A stretch of DNA of 64,000 bases from Rhodothermales bacterium (GTDB lineage: Bacteria; Bacteroidota; Rhodothermia; Rhodothermales; Bin80): the NCBI GenBank assembly GCA_965261255.1, contig CBDHCQ010000004.1, positions 2,830,597-2,894,596 on the forward strand. The letters are read 5' to 3'. The notes under the pieces are model-generated. The model saw only the letters and a list, made by a program, of their open reading frames with translations, ran no database searches and was not told the DNA's origin. A program made the translations under genes and the position numbers. Shown here one piece after another: positions 38,476 to 48,061 of the stretch; position 1 is the stretch's first letter; the number at the start of each line of letters is the position of its first letter.

Positions 38476-40752
38476 TTACGATAAACCGAGTAGTTGCCCT
38501 CCCTGGTACACCAGCAGGGAAGCCAGGTAGGCCAGCGCCGTCATGTAGAACCACATAACTATTGGCCAGCGCCAGGTGTTTGTTTCCCGGCGCGCGATCG
38601 CCAGGGTACTCATACACTGCAGTGCAAATACGAAGAAAACGAGTAGACTCATCGCAACCAGCGGTGTAAAGACCGGCCGACCGTCCGGGTATCGGTCCGC
38701 TTTCAGGGCATCACGCAATGCTACCCCGCCCTCAGCATCTCCAACGCTGTAAATGATGCCCAGCGTAGAAATAATGACCTCGCGCGCAGCAAAAGCACTC
38801 ACGAGACCAGCGCTGATCTTCCAGTCAAAGCCCAGTGGCTGCATCACAGGCTCAAGTATGCGCCCGAGATAACCTATGGCACTTTCCCTGATTTGGGTAG
38901 ACTGCCGAACAATGTTTGCACTGTCAAGTGCGGCAACATATTTGGCATCCGCCCTTGCTGTCAAGTCTAGTGCATGTGCCAGCGTAGAATCTGTAAGTGC
39001 CACCGAGTCAGCTGCAACTGCCAAGTCCGTAGCCGGAGTCAGTGCCTGCGCAGCAGCATATTCTCTATTCCGTTCTTGTATCGCCTGTTCCTCAATCTGA
39101 GTTGCCTCAGGGCTTGTTTCCGTACGCGGAAAGCTTGCCAGGAACCATAGAACAATACTGCAGCCCAGAATAATTTTTCCCGCTCGAACAGCAAATACTC
39201 TGGAACGCTGATACATGCGCCAGAATAATTGCCGCAATCGTGGGCGCCTGTACGGTGGCAACTCCATCACAAAGTAACTTTCCGGTCCTTTGAACACCAC
39301 ACGCTTTAGGATAGCAGCAGCCACAAAAGCCATAATGGTCCCCATCATGTACATGGAAAACATTGCTAACCCCTGGTAGCCGAATACGCCCAAAAGCTTA
39401 CCCGTAGGTAGGAAGGCAGCGATGAAAAGCGTATAGACTGGAAGGCGTGCTGAGCAGCTCATAAGCGGCGCCACCATTATTGTGATCAGGCGATCACGCT
39501 CGCTGTCTAAAGTTCTGGCAGCCATTATGCCGGGAATGGCGCAGGCATAGGAGCTCAGAAGGGGGAGCACAGAACCTCCGCTAAGCCCCACACGCTTCAT
39601 CAGCCGATCCATAATAAAAGCACTCCGTGCCATATACCCACTGTCCTCCATTATGCCCAAAAAGAAAAACAGCAACAGTATCTGTGGCAGGAACACAACA
39701 ACATTCCCGACACCGGTGATAATGCCATCAGTGAGAAGATCTGTGACCCAGCCTCCTGGCAACACTGAACGAGCGCCTCCGGCCAATGCTGCGACTCCTG
39801 CCTCAATCAAATCCATAGCCGGGATGGCCCAGGAAAAAACCGCTTCAAAAACACACGCCAGTATCAACAAAAAACAAAGTGGCCCTGCGACTCGGTGTGT
39901 GAACACTGCATCAATCCTGTCGCTGAGCGTAGCCGGCCCCTTGAAACGGTGCGAGACCCTTTGTGCAATTGGCCCGATCCATGCATATCGACCACTTACT
40001 TCCGCATGCCTCCATGCAACCCCCCGCTTCGCAAACTCCTCCTGCAGAGCTACTATATAGTTCACAAATTCTGGGGCTTCCAACCGCCAGGCATCCAACG
40101 TTTCCTCCTCCGCCAGCGCACGCAAAACCTCCATTCTCAAATGCATTGGCTTTACGTGCGGTGCCTCTTCGGCCAATTGCCTGATTAAGGCCGGGATCTT
40201 GGCATCAACGGCGTCCATAAGCTGCCACCGATACACCTGTGCAGGCTCGGGTGGATTAAGAATGCATTCTTTTAACTCATCAATCCCCTCACCCCGCGAG
40301 GCCGTAATGGGGACGACAGGCACTCCCAGATCTTTTTCCAGTGCAGATGCATCCACCGCTAGCCCATTTTCCTCTGCTACATCCATCATATTCAGCGCAA
40401 CGATCACGGGCAGACCCAGATCAATCACCTGTGTCACCACGTACAGGTTGCGCTCAAGATTGCCAGCGTCCAGCACGCATACCACGACATCAGGCTCCTC
40501 CTCCAAACGCCCAACTAGGACTTCGTAGGCAATACGCTCGTCCACAGATCGTGGAGTTAGGCTGTATGTGCCTGGCAAATCAATGACCTCGACATGCGGG
40601 GAACCTGCCAGCGTACCTGCCTTACGCTCAACAGTGACTCCCGGAAAATTTGCAACACGTTGACGCAGCCCGGTCAACTGATTAAACAGCGTGGTCTTGC
40701 CCACATTAGGGTTGCCACACAGAGCGACACGCATAGGCGATTTAGAAGTCAC
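38476..40752 (-). CDS. feoB: ferrous iron transport protein B
   Basis: 758 aa. N-terminal G domain (GNPNVGKTTLFN, DLPG) followed by polytopic gate domains. Confidence 0.9.
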   Translation of the reverse strand: MTSKSPMRVALCGNPNVGKTTLFNQLTGLRQRVANFPGVTVERKAGTLAGSPHVEVIDLPGTYSLTPRSVDERIAYEVLVGRLEEEPDVVVCVLDAGNLERNLYVVTQVIDLGLPVIVALNMMDVAEENGLAVDASALEKDLGVPVVPITASRGEGIDELKECILNPPEPAQVYRWQLMDAVDAKIPALIRQLAEEAPHVKPMHLRMEVLRALAEEETLDAWRLEAPEFVNYIVALQEEFAKRGVAWRHAEVSGRYAWIGPIAQRVSHRFKGPATLSDRIDAVFTHRVAGPLCFLLILACVFEAVFSWAIPAMDLIEAGVAALAGGARSVLPGGWVTDLLTDGIITGVGNVVVFLPQILLLFFFLGIMEDSGYMARSAFIMDRLMKRVGLSGGSVLPLLSSYACAIPGIMAARTLDSERDRLITIMVAPLMSCSARLPVYTLFIAAFLPTGKLLGVFGYQGLAMFSMYMMGTIMAFVAAAILKRVVFKGPESYFVMELPPYRRPRLRQLFWRMYQRSRVFAVRAGKIILGCSIVLWFLASFPRTETSPEATQIEEQAIQERNREYAAAQALTPATDLAVAADSVALTDSTLAHALDLTARADAKYVAALDSANIVRQSTQIRESAIGYLGRILEPVMQPLGFDWKISAGLVSAFAAREVIISTLGIIYSVGDAEGGVALRDALKADRYPDGRPVFTPLVAMSLLVFFVFALQCMSTLAIARRETNTWRWPIVMWFYMTALAYLASLLVYQGGQLLGLS

Positions 40753-40767
40753 GTCAGATCCCGCAGC

Positions 40768-40995
40768 TTACCCTTCATGCCTGGATATGCGAATAAGGGC
40801 GGCTTCAGATTTTCGGATTGAGAGATGATAATCACGCACCCTGAGGTCTATTGGATCGCCGAAGGGCGCCAGACGCACCACCTGAACCTGCGAACCGGGA
40901 ACCATGCCCATCTCCATCAGGCGGTTTATAGCTGCACTGGGTTCAAACCCTAGAATCGTACCGGACTCACCAGGGCGCAAATCCCGTAGTGTCAT
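40768..40995 (-). CDS. feoA: FeoA family protein
   Basis: 75 aa. LRPGESGTILGFEP...MGMVPGSQVQVVRLAPFGDPI fits the SH3-like FeoA domain. Confidence 0.8.
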   Translation of the reverse strand: MTLRDLRPGESGTILGFEPSAAINRLMEMGMVPGSQVQVVRLAPFGDPIDLRVRDYHLSIRKSEAALIRISRHEG

Positions 40996-41216
40996 GCTTC
41001 CAAGGGCGTTGCATAGATTTCGGCGGCTACATCACGCCGCAACCCAATCCGACAGCCGGCCAGACGTACGATAAGCTTATCTGAATTCTGAATCACCTCT
41101 ACTTGAGCTCCTTCCCGCAAACCCATATCCCGTAACCGCTCCTCTGCACAACCGTGCACGGAGCAGATCTTAAGCGGACATCCGTCACAAAAAGCCGTCA
41201 ATGGGGCTGGTGGCAT
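40992..41216 (-). CDS. FeoA family protein (second copy, Cys-rich N-terminus)
   Basis: 74 aa. RLRDMGLREGAQVEVIQNSDKLIVRLAGCRIGL is FeoA-like. It overlaps the next feoA by 4 nt. Confidence 0.65.
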   Translation of the reverse strand: MPPAPLTAFCDGCPLKICSVHGCAEERLRDMGLREGAQVEVIQNSDKLIVRLAGCRIGLRRDVAAEIYATPLEA

Positions 41217-41248
41217 AACTCGGAATCAGTGCAGACCCTGTGAATATA

Positions 41249-41273
41249 CTTATTTAGACTGAATATAAATAAG
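41249..41273. promoter_or_regulatory. perfect 8-bp inverted repeat in an AT-rich tract upstream of the feo operon (candidate operator)
   Basis: CTTATTTA-gactgaata-TAAATAAG lies 33-57 nt upstream of the first feoA start (41216). It is flanked by the direct repeat TGAATATA (41241 and 41260). Confidence 0.35.
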
Positions 41274-41657
41274 GTTAAAGCATTTGGTTCCATAGAGATG
41301 CCGAAACTAATGCGAAAATTCAAGAATTTGTGTTCCAGCACTCATGTCTGAGCCACGCAGTGCTATTGAGCGGGTTGAGCGAATGGTTGTTAGGACCCGC
41401 TTTGCTGCGGCAAGAATAGTCTGGCCATAATGACTGATCTCTTCCTGATACCTTGAATTGAAAATATTTTTCACGCCATGAACCCGCTGTTTCTTCATTG
41501 CAGCAGGTTTGTAATCTGATCCCTGGACTAAGTTTAATGCGCGTCATGGAAAGGATGATTCGGCGTCGGATAAGACCGCAATTCGAGTCAACCATCGTAG
41601 ATTGCAAGCGTAAGCGCTGTACGCCGTATTCTTACGGGTTTCAATTATCCAACAATC

Positions 41658-43436
41658 ATGCGCTTGTCAAAATTCTTCGGTCAAACTCTGCGTGAAGCAC
41701 CTTCAGAGTCTGACTCCGCATCCAGCCAAATGCTTGTACGTGCTGGATATGTACGACAATTGGCTGCTGGCCTCTATTCCTATTTGCCGCTAGCCCATCG
41801 ATCCTTACGCAAAATCGAGCAGATCCTGCGCGAAGAAATGGATGCAATCAACGGACAGGAAATGTGTATGCCCGTAGTGCATCCAGCCGAAATCTGGCAG
41901 GAGTCGGGCCGCTGGTACGAGATTGGGGATGAGATGGGGCGGTTTCAGGATCGTAAGGGGCGGGACCTGGTCCTTGCCATGACGCATGAAGAGGTCGTAA
42001 CTACCCTTTGTAAATCAGAGATCCGCTCCTATCGGCAACTCCCGCAAATGGTCTACCATATGCAAACCAAGTTCCGGGATGAACCTCGGGCCAGGGGAGG
42101 GCTAATACGCGTGCGAGAGTTTGTCATGAAGGACTCCTACACCCTGGACAAAGATTTTGATGGACTCCAGTCTCAATACGAAGCCCACTACGATGCCTAC
42201 CACCGCATCGGTGCAAGGCTTGGTCTGAACCTGGTCGCGGTACAGAGTGATCCTGGAATGATGGGAGGCAAGATAGCTCACGAATTCATGTACGTTACTC
42301 CCATTGGCGAAGACTCTCTGGCTATTTGTGAGGAAACCGGTTACGCGTCCAATCTGGATGTGGCAAGTTTTCGAAAGATTCCAGAGCCTTCCGGTCCACC
42401 ACAGCCGCTGACGCGCGTCCATACGCCCGGACAAGCCACCATCGCCAAAGTGGCCGAATTCTGTGGGGTCACCACGTGCCAGACCGGCAAGATGGTCTTC
42501 TATATGGGGGATTTTGGAGCAGAGAATCCTCCAAAGCTTATTGCTGCCTGTGTTCGGGGGGATATGGAAATTAACGAACTACAGCTGCAGTACGCCGTCA
42601 AAGCACAAGCCCTGCGCCCTGCTGAAGCCGAGGAAATTGCAGCCGCAGGATGCATACCTGGCTACGCCTCACTGCGAGATATTGATCACACCAAGGCGGT
42701 CACCGTTGTAGATGACCTCATCCCTGAATCGGGAAACCTGGTAGTCGGGGCCAATGAGCACGACTGGCATTTCACTGGAGCGAATTATGGTCGGGATTTT
42801 TCCGCCGATATTGTCGCCCCAATTGCACTTGCCTATGATGGTGCACCAGATCCGATTGATGGTAAACCCTTGCGTGTAGTTCGTGGCGTAGAGGTTGGCA
42901 ATATCTTCCAATTGGGGACGCGGTACAGTGGAAGCATGGGGGCTACGTATACTGACGAAACCGGCGTTGAACACCCCATCGTCATGGGATCGTACGGCAT
43001 TGGAGTCGGACGTGCACTAGCCTGCGTTGCTGAGGAATACAGTGACGACTATGGTATGGATTTGCCTGTGTCCGTTGCTCCGTATCACGTAATTCTGGTA
43101 TCCCTGGGACGCTCTGGAGAAGTAAAGGCGAAAGCCGAAGCACTCTATTCTGCGTTGCTCGCAGTTGGCATAGAGGTAATTTACGATGATCGGGAGGTAA
43201 GTCCCGGGGTTAAATTCGCGGATGCTGATCTGCTCGGCATGCCGCTTAGGTGCACCGTCAGCTCCCGCTCACTCAAGCGTGGAGGAGTAGAGTTTGGTCG
43301 GAGGCGAAGCAAGGATCTCTCGATCATTCCCTTTGAAGATGCAGTGGAGAAAATTCAGGAGGAAATCACAAAGTGTTTCGATAAGCTGCACCAGCGACTG
43401 GAGCATCTCCCGACCTGGGATTCCCAGCCCAAGTAA
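41658..43436 (+). CDS. proS: proline--tRNA ligase (bacterial type with editing insertion)
   Basis: 592 aa. Shows MRLSKFFGQTLREAPSE..MLVRAGYVRQLAAGLYSYLPL and the class II motifs (FRDEPRARGGLIRVREF, GIGVGR). Confidence 0.95.
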   Translation: MRLSKFFGQTLREAPSESDSASSQMLVRAGYVRQLAAGLYSYLPLAHRSLRKIEQILREEMDAINGQEMCMPVVHPAEIWQESGRWYEIGDEMGRFQDRKGRDLVLAMTHEEVVTTLCKSEIRSYRQLPQMVYHMQTKFRDEPRARGGLIRVREFVMKDSYTLDKDFDGLQSQYEAHYDAYHRIGARLGLNLVAVQSDPGMMGGKIAHEFMYVTPIGEDSLAICEETGYASNLDVASFRKIPEPSGPPQPLTRVHTPGQATIAKVAEFCGVTTCQTGKMVFYMGDFGAENPPKLIAACVRGDMEINELQLQYAVKAQALRPAEAEEIAAAGCIPGYASLRDIDHTKAVTVVDDLIPESGNLVVGANEHDWHFTGANYGRDFSADIVAPIALAYDGAPDPIDGKPLRVVRGVEVGNIFQLGTRYSGSMGATYTDETGVEHPIVMGSYGIGVGRALACVAEEYSDDYGMDLPVSVAPYHVILVSLGRSGEVKAKAEALYSALLAVGIEVIYDDREVSPGVKFADADLLGMPLRCTVSSRSLKRGGVEFGRRRSKDLSIIPFEDAVEKIQEEITKCFDKLHQRLEHLPTWDSQPK

Positions 43437-43749
43437 TTCATCACTTGACTGCGCCGCTCAAAATTGCTGGACTCAACCGTTCGGCCTATTGCCCCGACAA
43501 AGTGCTCCCCTGCCAACCCTTGAAATGTAATGCCAGCCCAACCGGGTGAAGACACGCTGTGATTCGGGATATAATTCCTATGTTCAATGTACACACCGAG
43601 TTGGCAATTGTATCCAATAGGTTGCCCCACTTTCTCAACAGATGTTACAGCCCTGGACTGGAGGATTCCAATAGAACGGGACTTGTAAGGCCGAGAAACT
43701 TCACGCTGGTATCTTCGAGTATCGAATCCCGATCCTTTTCGTTGGGAGC

Positions 43750-45561
43750 TCAGGCGAGACCTCCCTTCATGTTTGGAGAACGATCTTTCTGAATTGAATC
43801 CAGAAACGAATCCAGTGTCATTCCGCCCAGGTTTTCGCCAGAGCGCGCACGTACTGAGATCGTCTTCCCTTCTGCTTCACGAGCTCCAAGAACAACCATG
43901 TAGGGCACCTTCAAGAGCTCTGCCTCTCGAACCTTGTAACCGATCTTTTCACTGCGCACATCCAGTGTCGCGCGTAACCCGTCTTCCTGAAGTCTGGCAT
44001 GCACTTCGCTGGCGTAATCCGCGAATCGCTCAGAAATTGACATCACCCGTACCTGCTCCGGTGCCAGCCATAAAGGAAACACCCCCGCGCAATGCTCAAT
44101 CAAGACTCCTATAAACCGCTCTAGTGAACCAAACGGCGCTCGATGAATCATAGCGGGACGATGGCGTTCGTCATCTGCCCCTGTATACCAGAGGTCGAAC
44201 CGCTCGGGCAAGTTATAATCCAGTTGAACCGTACCTAATTGCCATTGCCGCCCGAGCGCATCCCGAACCATAAAATCAATCTTTGGCCCATAAAAGGCCG
44301 CCTCCCCGAGCTCTTCGTGGACATCCAGGTTCATCTCATATACAACCTTTCGCATCGAATCCTCGGCAGCGTCCCAGGCCTCTACTGTACCTGTATACTT
44401 CTCATGGTTATCAGGATCCCGGAGGGATAACTGCGCACTGTAATCCTTGAAACCCAATGCACCCAACACCTGTAGCGCAAGATCTACGCAATCCCGGACC
44501 TCCTCTTCAACTTGATCGTGTCGACAGAAAATATGCCCGTCGTCTACAGTAAAACCCCGTACGCGTGTCAAGCCGCCAAGCTCACCTGTTTGCTCATACC
44601 GGTAAACCTGTCCAAATTCCGCCAGCCTCACAGGTAATTCCCGATAGCTTCGCCGCTTATGTGCATAAATAAGAATATGATGCGGACAGTTCATGGGTTT
44701 GAGCAGGTAACCGTCCGTGCCATGTGAGCTCATAGGCGGAAACTGACTGTCACTGTAATACGGGTAGTGCCCACTGGTTCGGTAGAGATCAAGGTGCCCT
44801 ATATGCGGTGTGCTCACAGGTTCGTAGCCACGTCGAAGTTGTTCCTCGCGCAAAAAACTCACTAATGTTTCCCGAAGCGTGGTCCCGGCCGGAAGCCAGA
44901 GGGGCAGTCCTGGCCCTACCTCCTCGCTGAACATAAATAGCTCCAATTTCTTTCCCAGGACCCGATGGTCTCTGGCACGAGCCTGCTCCAAACGATCCAA
45001 GTACTCCTGCAACTGTGTGCGATTTTTCCATGCCGTGCCATAGATGCGAATTAATTGTGCTTTCTCTGCATCTCCCCGCCAATAAGCCCCCGCAATGCTC
45101 AATAGCTTGATTCCATTGGGTTTAAGGTATCCGGTGTGGGGAACATGCGGCCCCCTGCAAAGATCAATGAAGGGCCCCTGCTGATAGACTGTCAAAGGTG
45201 TATCTGCGTCCTGGGCCGCCAATTCTTCAATCAGTTCAATCTTGTAAGGATTGTCTGCAAAAAGCGCACGGGCTTCGTCCAGTGCCACTTCACGGATCTC
45301 AAAACGATGCCGTTCTTTAATAATCGACCGCATTCGATCCTCAATCCAAGAGAGATCCTCTTCATGCGGAGGAGACGACATCTCGAAGTCATAGTAGAAG
45401 CGATCCTCAATTGGCGGTCCTATGGTAGGCTTCGCTTCCGGAAAACGCTCCAGTACGGCCTGTGCCATAATATGGGCAGCCGAATGACGTATTTTGTAGA
45501 GTTTGGGGTCGTAGTCCTCCGGTATGTTCGTTTCGGCACGCCGTAAAAGCTCCTCAACCAT
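43750..45561 (-). CDS. thrS: threonine--tRNA ligase (no N-terminal TGS domain)
   Basis: 603 aa. Starts inside the editing (N2) region (RHSAAHIMAQAV). Class II core (MNCPHH, YRYEQTGELGGLTRVRGFT) and a C-terminal anticodon-binding domain. Confidence 0.95.
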   Translation of the reverse strand: MVEELLRRAETNIPEDYDPKLYKIRHSAAHIMAQAVLERFPEAKPTIGPPIEDRFYYDFEMSSPPHEEDLSWIEDRMRSIIKERHRFEIREVALDEARALFADNPYKIELIEELAAQDADTPLTVYQQGPFIDLCRGPHVPHTGYLKPNGIKLLSIAGAYWRGDAEKAQLIRIYGTAWKNRTQLQEYLDRLEQARARDHRVLGKKLELFMFSEEVGPGLPLWLPAGTTLRETLVSFLREEQLRRGYEPVSTPHIGHLDLYRTSGHYPYYSDSQFPPMSSHGTDGYLLKPMNCPHHILIYAHKRRSYRELPVRLAEFGQVYRYEQTGELGGLTRVRGFTVDDGHIFCRHDQVEEEVRDCVDLALQVLGALGFKDYSAQLSLRDPDNHEKYTGTVEAWDAAEDSMRKVVYEMNLDVHEELGEAAFYGPKIDFMVRDALGRQWQLGTVQLDYNLPERFDLWYTGADDERHRPAMIHRAPFGSLERFIGVLIEHCAGVFPLWLAPEQVRVMSISERFADYASEVHARLQEDGLRATLDVRSEKIGYKVREAELLKVPYMVVLGAREAEGKTISVRARSGENLGGMTLDSFLDSIQKDRSPNMKGGLA

Positions 45562-45627
45562 GCTTAAACAAGAATTATTGTTGGGCAGCGGAGGAACACG
45601 CGTTTACGTGCAAGGTGTTCCATCAAC

Positions 45628-47304
45628 ATGACCGCCAGCGATATTCAGGAACTGTTGGCGAGCATGGGGAATCCCGTGAAGGCAGCACATGCTCAACGCT
45701 TCTTCAAAACCGGCCCTGGAGAATACGGTGAGGGGGATATCTTTCGTGGAATTCGTGTGCCCGAACTGCGAAGGATCGCGCAGAACTGGAAGAAGGTCTC
45801 GCTAGATGAAATGCTCGTTTTGTTGCGATCTGATTATCACGAGGACCGATTTGTTGCCTTGTGCCTTCTGGTTCACGCCTTCAAGCGCGGTAATCAGTAC
45901 AGGGTGTACAACGCATACCTAGAGCACACCTGCTTTGTTAACAACTGGGATCTGGTTGACACAAGTGCACACAAGATCCTGGGGCCCTACCTCTTCAAGC
46001 GTCCGCGAACACCGTTATATACTCTCGCCCGAAGTGACAACCTATGGGAGCGCCGTATCGCAATCGTTTGCACGTACTATTTCATCAAACGGGATCAGTA
46101 CAACGACACACTGGCGCTTTCAGATATTTTGGCACACGATCAGGAAGATTTGATCCACAAGGCCTGCGGCTGGATGCTTCGTGAAGTGGGTAAACGCGAT
46201 GAGTCTGTTCTTGCCGCATTCCTGGATGACCCGACCGTAGTTTTACCACGCACTGCACTACGCTACGCTATTGAGCGGTTTGACCAACCTGTGAGGAGAG
46301 CCTATTTGGCCAAACGGGCTGATAACACCGCTGATTACCACGTCACTCCCTGGCGGGCTTATCGGTACGTAATGGACGCGGCAAATCGACTGAAAGGGGA
46401 CGTGGTTGAAACCAAAGCTTTGCGGTCGAAAGAACTCGGAAAAGACTTCGGAGCAACAGTTTTCCTCAAACTCGAAAATGAACAGCATACTGGATCCTTC
46501 AAATACCGGGGAGCCCTGAACAAATTATTGTCGCTGAATGAACCACTTCACCCCCCGGTTGCGGCGTCTACAGGTAATCACGGCCTGGCGGTATCCCGTG
46601 TTCTTAAGGATTTTGGCATCAAGGGAACGATCTATCTGCCCGTCACAACAGAAGAACATAAGAGTGAAGCGCTCCGCGAGGGCGTTGCGGACCTCGTTTT
46701 CGGTGGAGATGACGGAATAGACGCAGAACGAGAAGCTCGACGTGTTGCAGAGCAGGAAAGTCGCGTGTTTATCTCCCCGTACAACGATTGGCAGATCATA
46801 GCAGGTCAGGGGACTGTTGGGGTTGAACTATTGCGTCAGGCAGGATCCCTGGATTATGTCTTCGTTGCTGTGGGAGGCGGCGGCCTGATAAGCGGTTTGG
46901 CACTTGTACTGAAAACCCATCTTCCAGCTATCAAGGTTATCGGGTGCTCACCTGCAAGATCCAACGTAATGCAGGCGTCTGTTGAGGCCGGAAGCATCGT
47001 TGAGCAACCTGCACAGCTTACTCTCTCCGATGGCACAGCCGGCCAAATTGAACCTGATTCCATTACCCTCCCGCTGTGCACGGATTTGGTGGACGAATGG
47101 GTGACGGCTACGGAAGAGGAGATTGCCGACGCCATGCGTCGGGTCTACCACGAGCACGGTATAAAAATTGAGGGCGCCGCAGGAGTCGCAGTTGCCTGTT
47201 TTCTGGGATACAAGGAAAATTTGACCAAAAAGCGGCTTGCAGTGATAATCTGTGGTGGCAATATATCCGACGAGAGATTCCAGAATGTACTTGATCAGAC
47301 CTGA
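45628..47304 (+). CDS. fusion protein: AlkD/AlkC-like DNA alkylation repair domain + PLP-dependent threonine/serine dehydratase-like domain
   Basis: One uninterrupted 558-codon frame. Residues 1 to about 230 look like the HEAT-like DNA alkylation repair family (RFFKTGPGEYGEGDIFRGIRVPELR, WDLVD, RRIAI, KACGWMLREVGK, ALRYAIE). From about residue 245 it shows the PALP fold (KLENEQHTGSFKYRGA with Lys at 46501..46503, ASTGNHG, GGGGLISG). Confidence 0.8.
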   Translation: MTASDIQELLASMGNPVKAAHAQRFFKTGPGEYGEGDIFRGIRVPELRRIAQNWKKVSLDEMLVLLRSDYHEDRFVALCLLVHAFKRGNQYRVYNAYLEHTCFVNNWDLVDTSAHKILGPYLFKRPRTPLYTLARSDNLWERRIAIVCTYYFIKRDQYNDTLALSDILAHDQEDLIHKACGWMLREVGKRDESVLAAFLDDPTVVLPRTALRYAIERFDQPVRRAYLAKRADNTADYHVTPWRAYRYVMDAANRLKGDVVETKALRSKELGKDFGATVFLKLENEQHTGSFKYRGALNKLLSLNEPLHPPVAASTGNHGLAVSRVLKDFGIKGTIYLPVTTEEHKSEALREGVADLVFGGDDGIDAEREARRVAEQESRVFISPYNDWQIIAGQGTVGVELLRQAGSLDYVFVAVGGGGLISGLALVLKTHLPAIKVIGCSPARSNVMQASVEAGSIVEQPAQLTLSDGTAGQIEPDSITLPLCTDLVDEWVTATEEEIADAMRRVYHEHGIKIEGAAGVAVACFLGYKENLTKKRLAVIICGGNISDERFQNVLDQT

Positions 47305-47524
47305 TTGACCGGTGGATGCCTCCAGTGAGGAAAATAGTTCATTGCTTGAAAGCCTCCGGGAACATCTGGAAAACCAACGGAATGTTTATCAGACTTACTG
47401 GGCGATCCCTTGCCCATCAGACATGAATCGTCTGGCACAGATTCAATATTTGAACTAAAATCTGATACTGCGGCTATCACTACCCTTCAACATCACTGAG
47501 ACCATTTCTCCAACAAACGCTGAC

Positions 47525-48055
47525 ATGCGAATCAGACTACACCTTATTCTCCTAATCGCTCTCATCACGGGTATTGTTCATGGTCAAGAACTGAGCCCTG
47601 AACAACGCCTGGATGAGCTAGGCATTCAGCTGCCCGATCCACCTGCCCCCGTTGCCAACTATGTGCGGGCAGTGCAAACCGGCAATCTTGTCTTTCTTGC
47701 TGGACATGGACCCTACTTGCCTAATGGCCAATACATCACGGGTAAACTGGGACGGGACCTTACACTAGAAGAAGGGTATGCAGCTGCCAGGCAAACAGGG
47801 ATCGCTCTCCTAGCCTCACTGAAACAGGAGATCGGTGACTTGAGTCGGGTCTCACGTATTGTCATGGTGAATGGCATGGTCAATGCAACTCCGGACTACA
47901 CCGAGCACCCGAACGTCATCAACGGCTGTTCAGATTTGCTCGTAGAAGTGTTCGGTCCCGAGATCGGGAAGCATGCCCGGGCAGCCGTCGGGATGAATTC
48001 ACTCCCGATTGGGATCGCCGTGGAAATAGAAATGATCGTGGAAGTGCGGGAGTAA
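47525..48055 (+). CDS. RidA/YjgF family protein with N-terminal signal peptide
   Basis: 176 aa. Signal-like MRIRLHLILLIALITGIVHG, then LPDPPAPVANYVRAVQTGNLVFLAGHGP and HARAAVGMNSLPIGIAVEIEMIVEV, typical of the YjgF fold. Confidence 0.8.
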   Translation: MRIRLHLILLIALITGIVHGQELSPEQRLDELGIQLPDPPAPVANYVRAVQTGNLVFLAGHGPYLPNGQYITGKLGRDLTLEEGYAAARQTGIALLASLKQEIGDLSRVSRIVMVNGMVNATPDYTEHPNVINGCSDLLVEVFGPEIGKHARAAVGMNSLPIGIAVEIEMIVEVRE

Positions 48056-48061
48056 ATCCGG

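Noticed and set aside
41307-41498. 63-aa minus-strand ORF (MKKQRVHGVKNIFNSRYQEEISHYGQ...) between feo and proS
   Set aside because: No recognisable family. It overlaps another ORF of similar size in a different frame. It is mentioned only inside the spacer finding.
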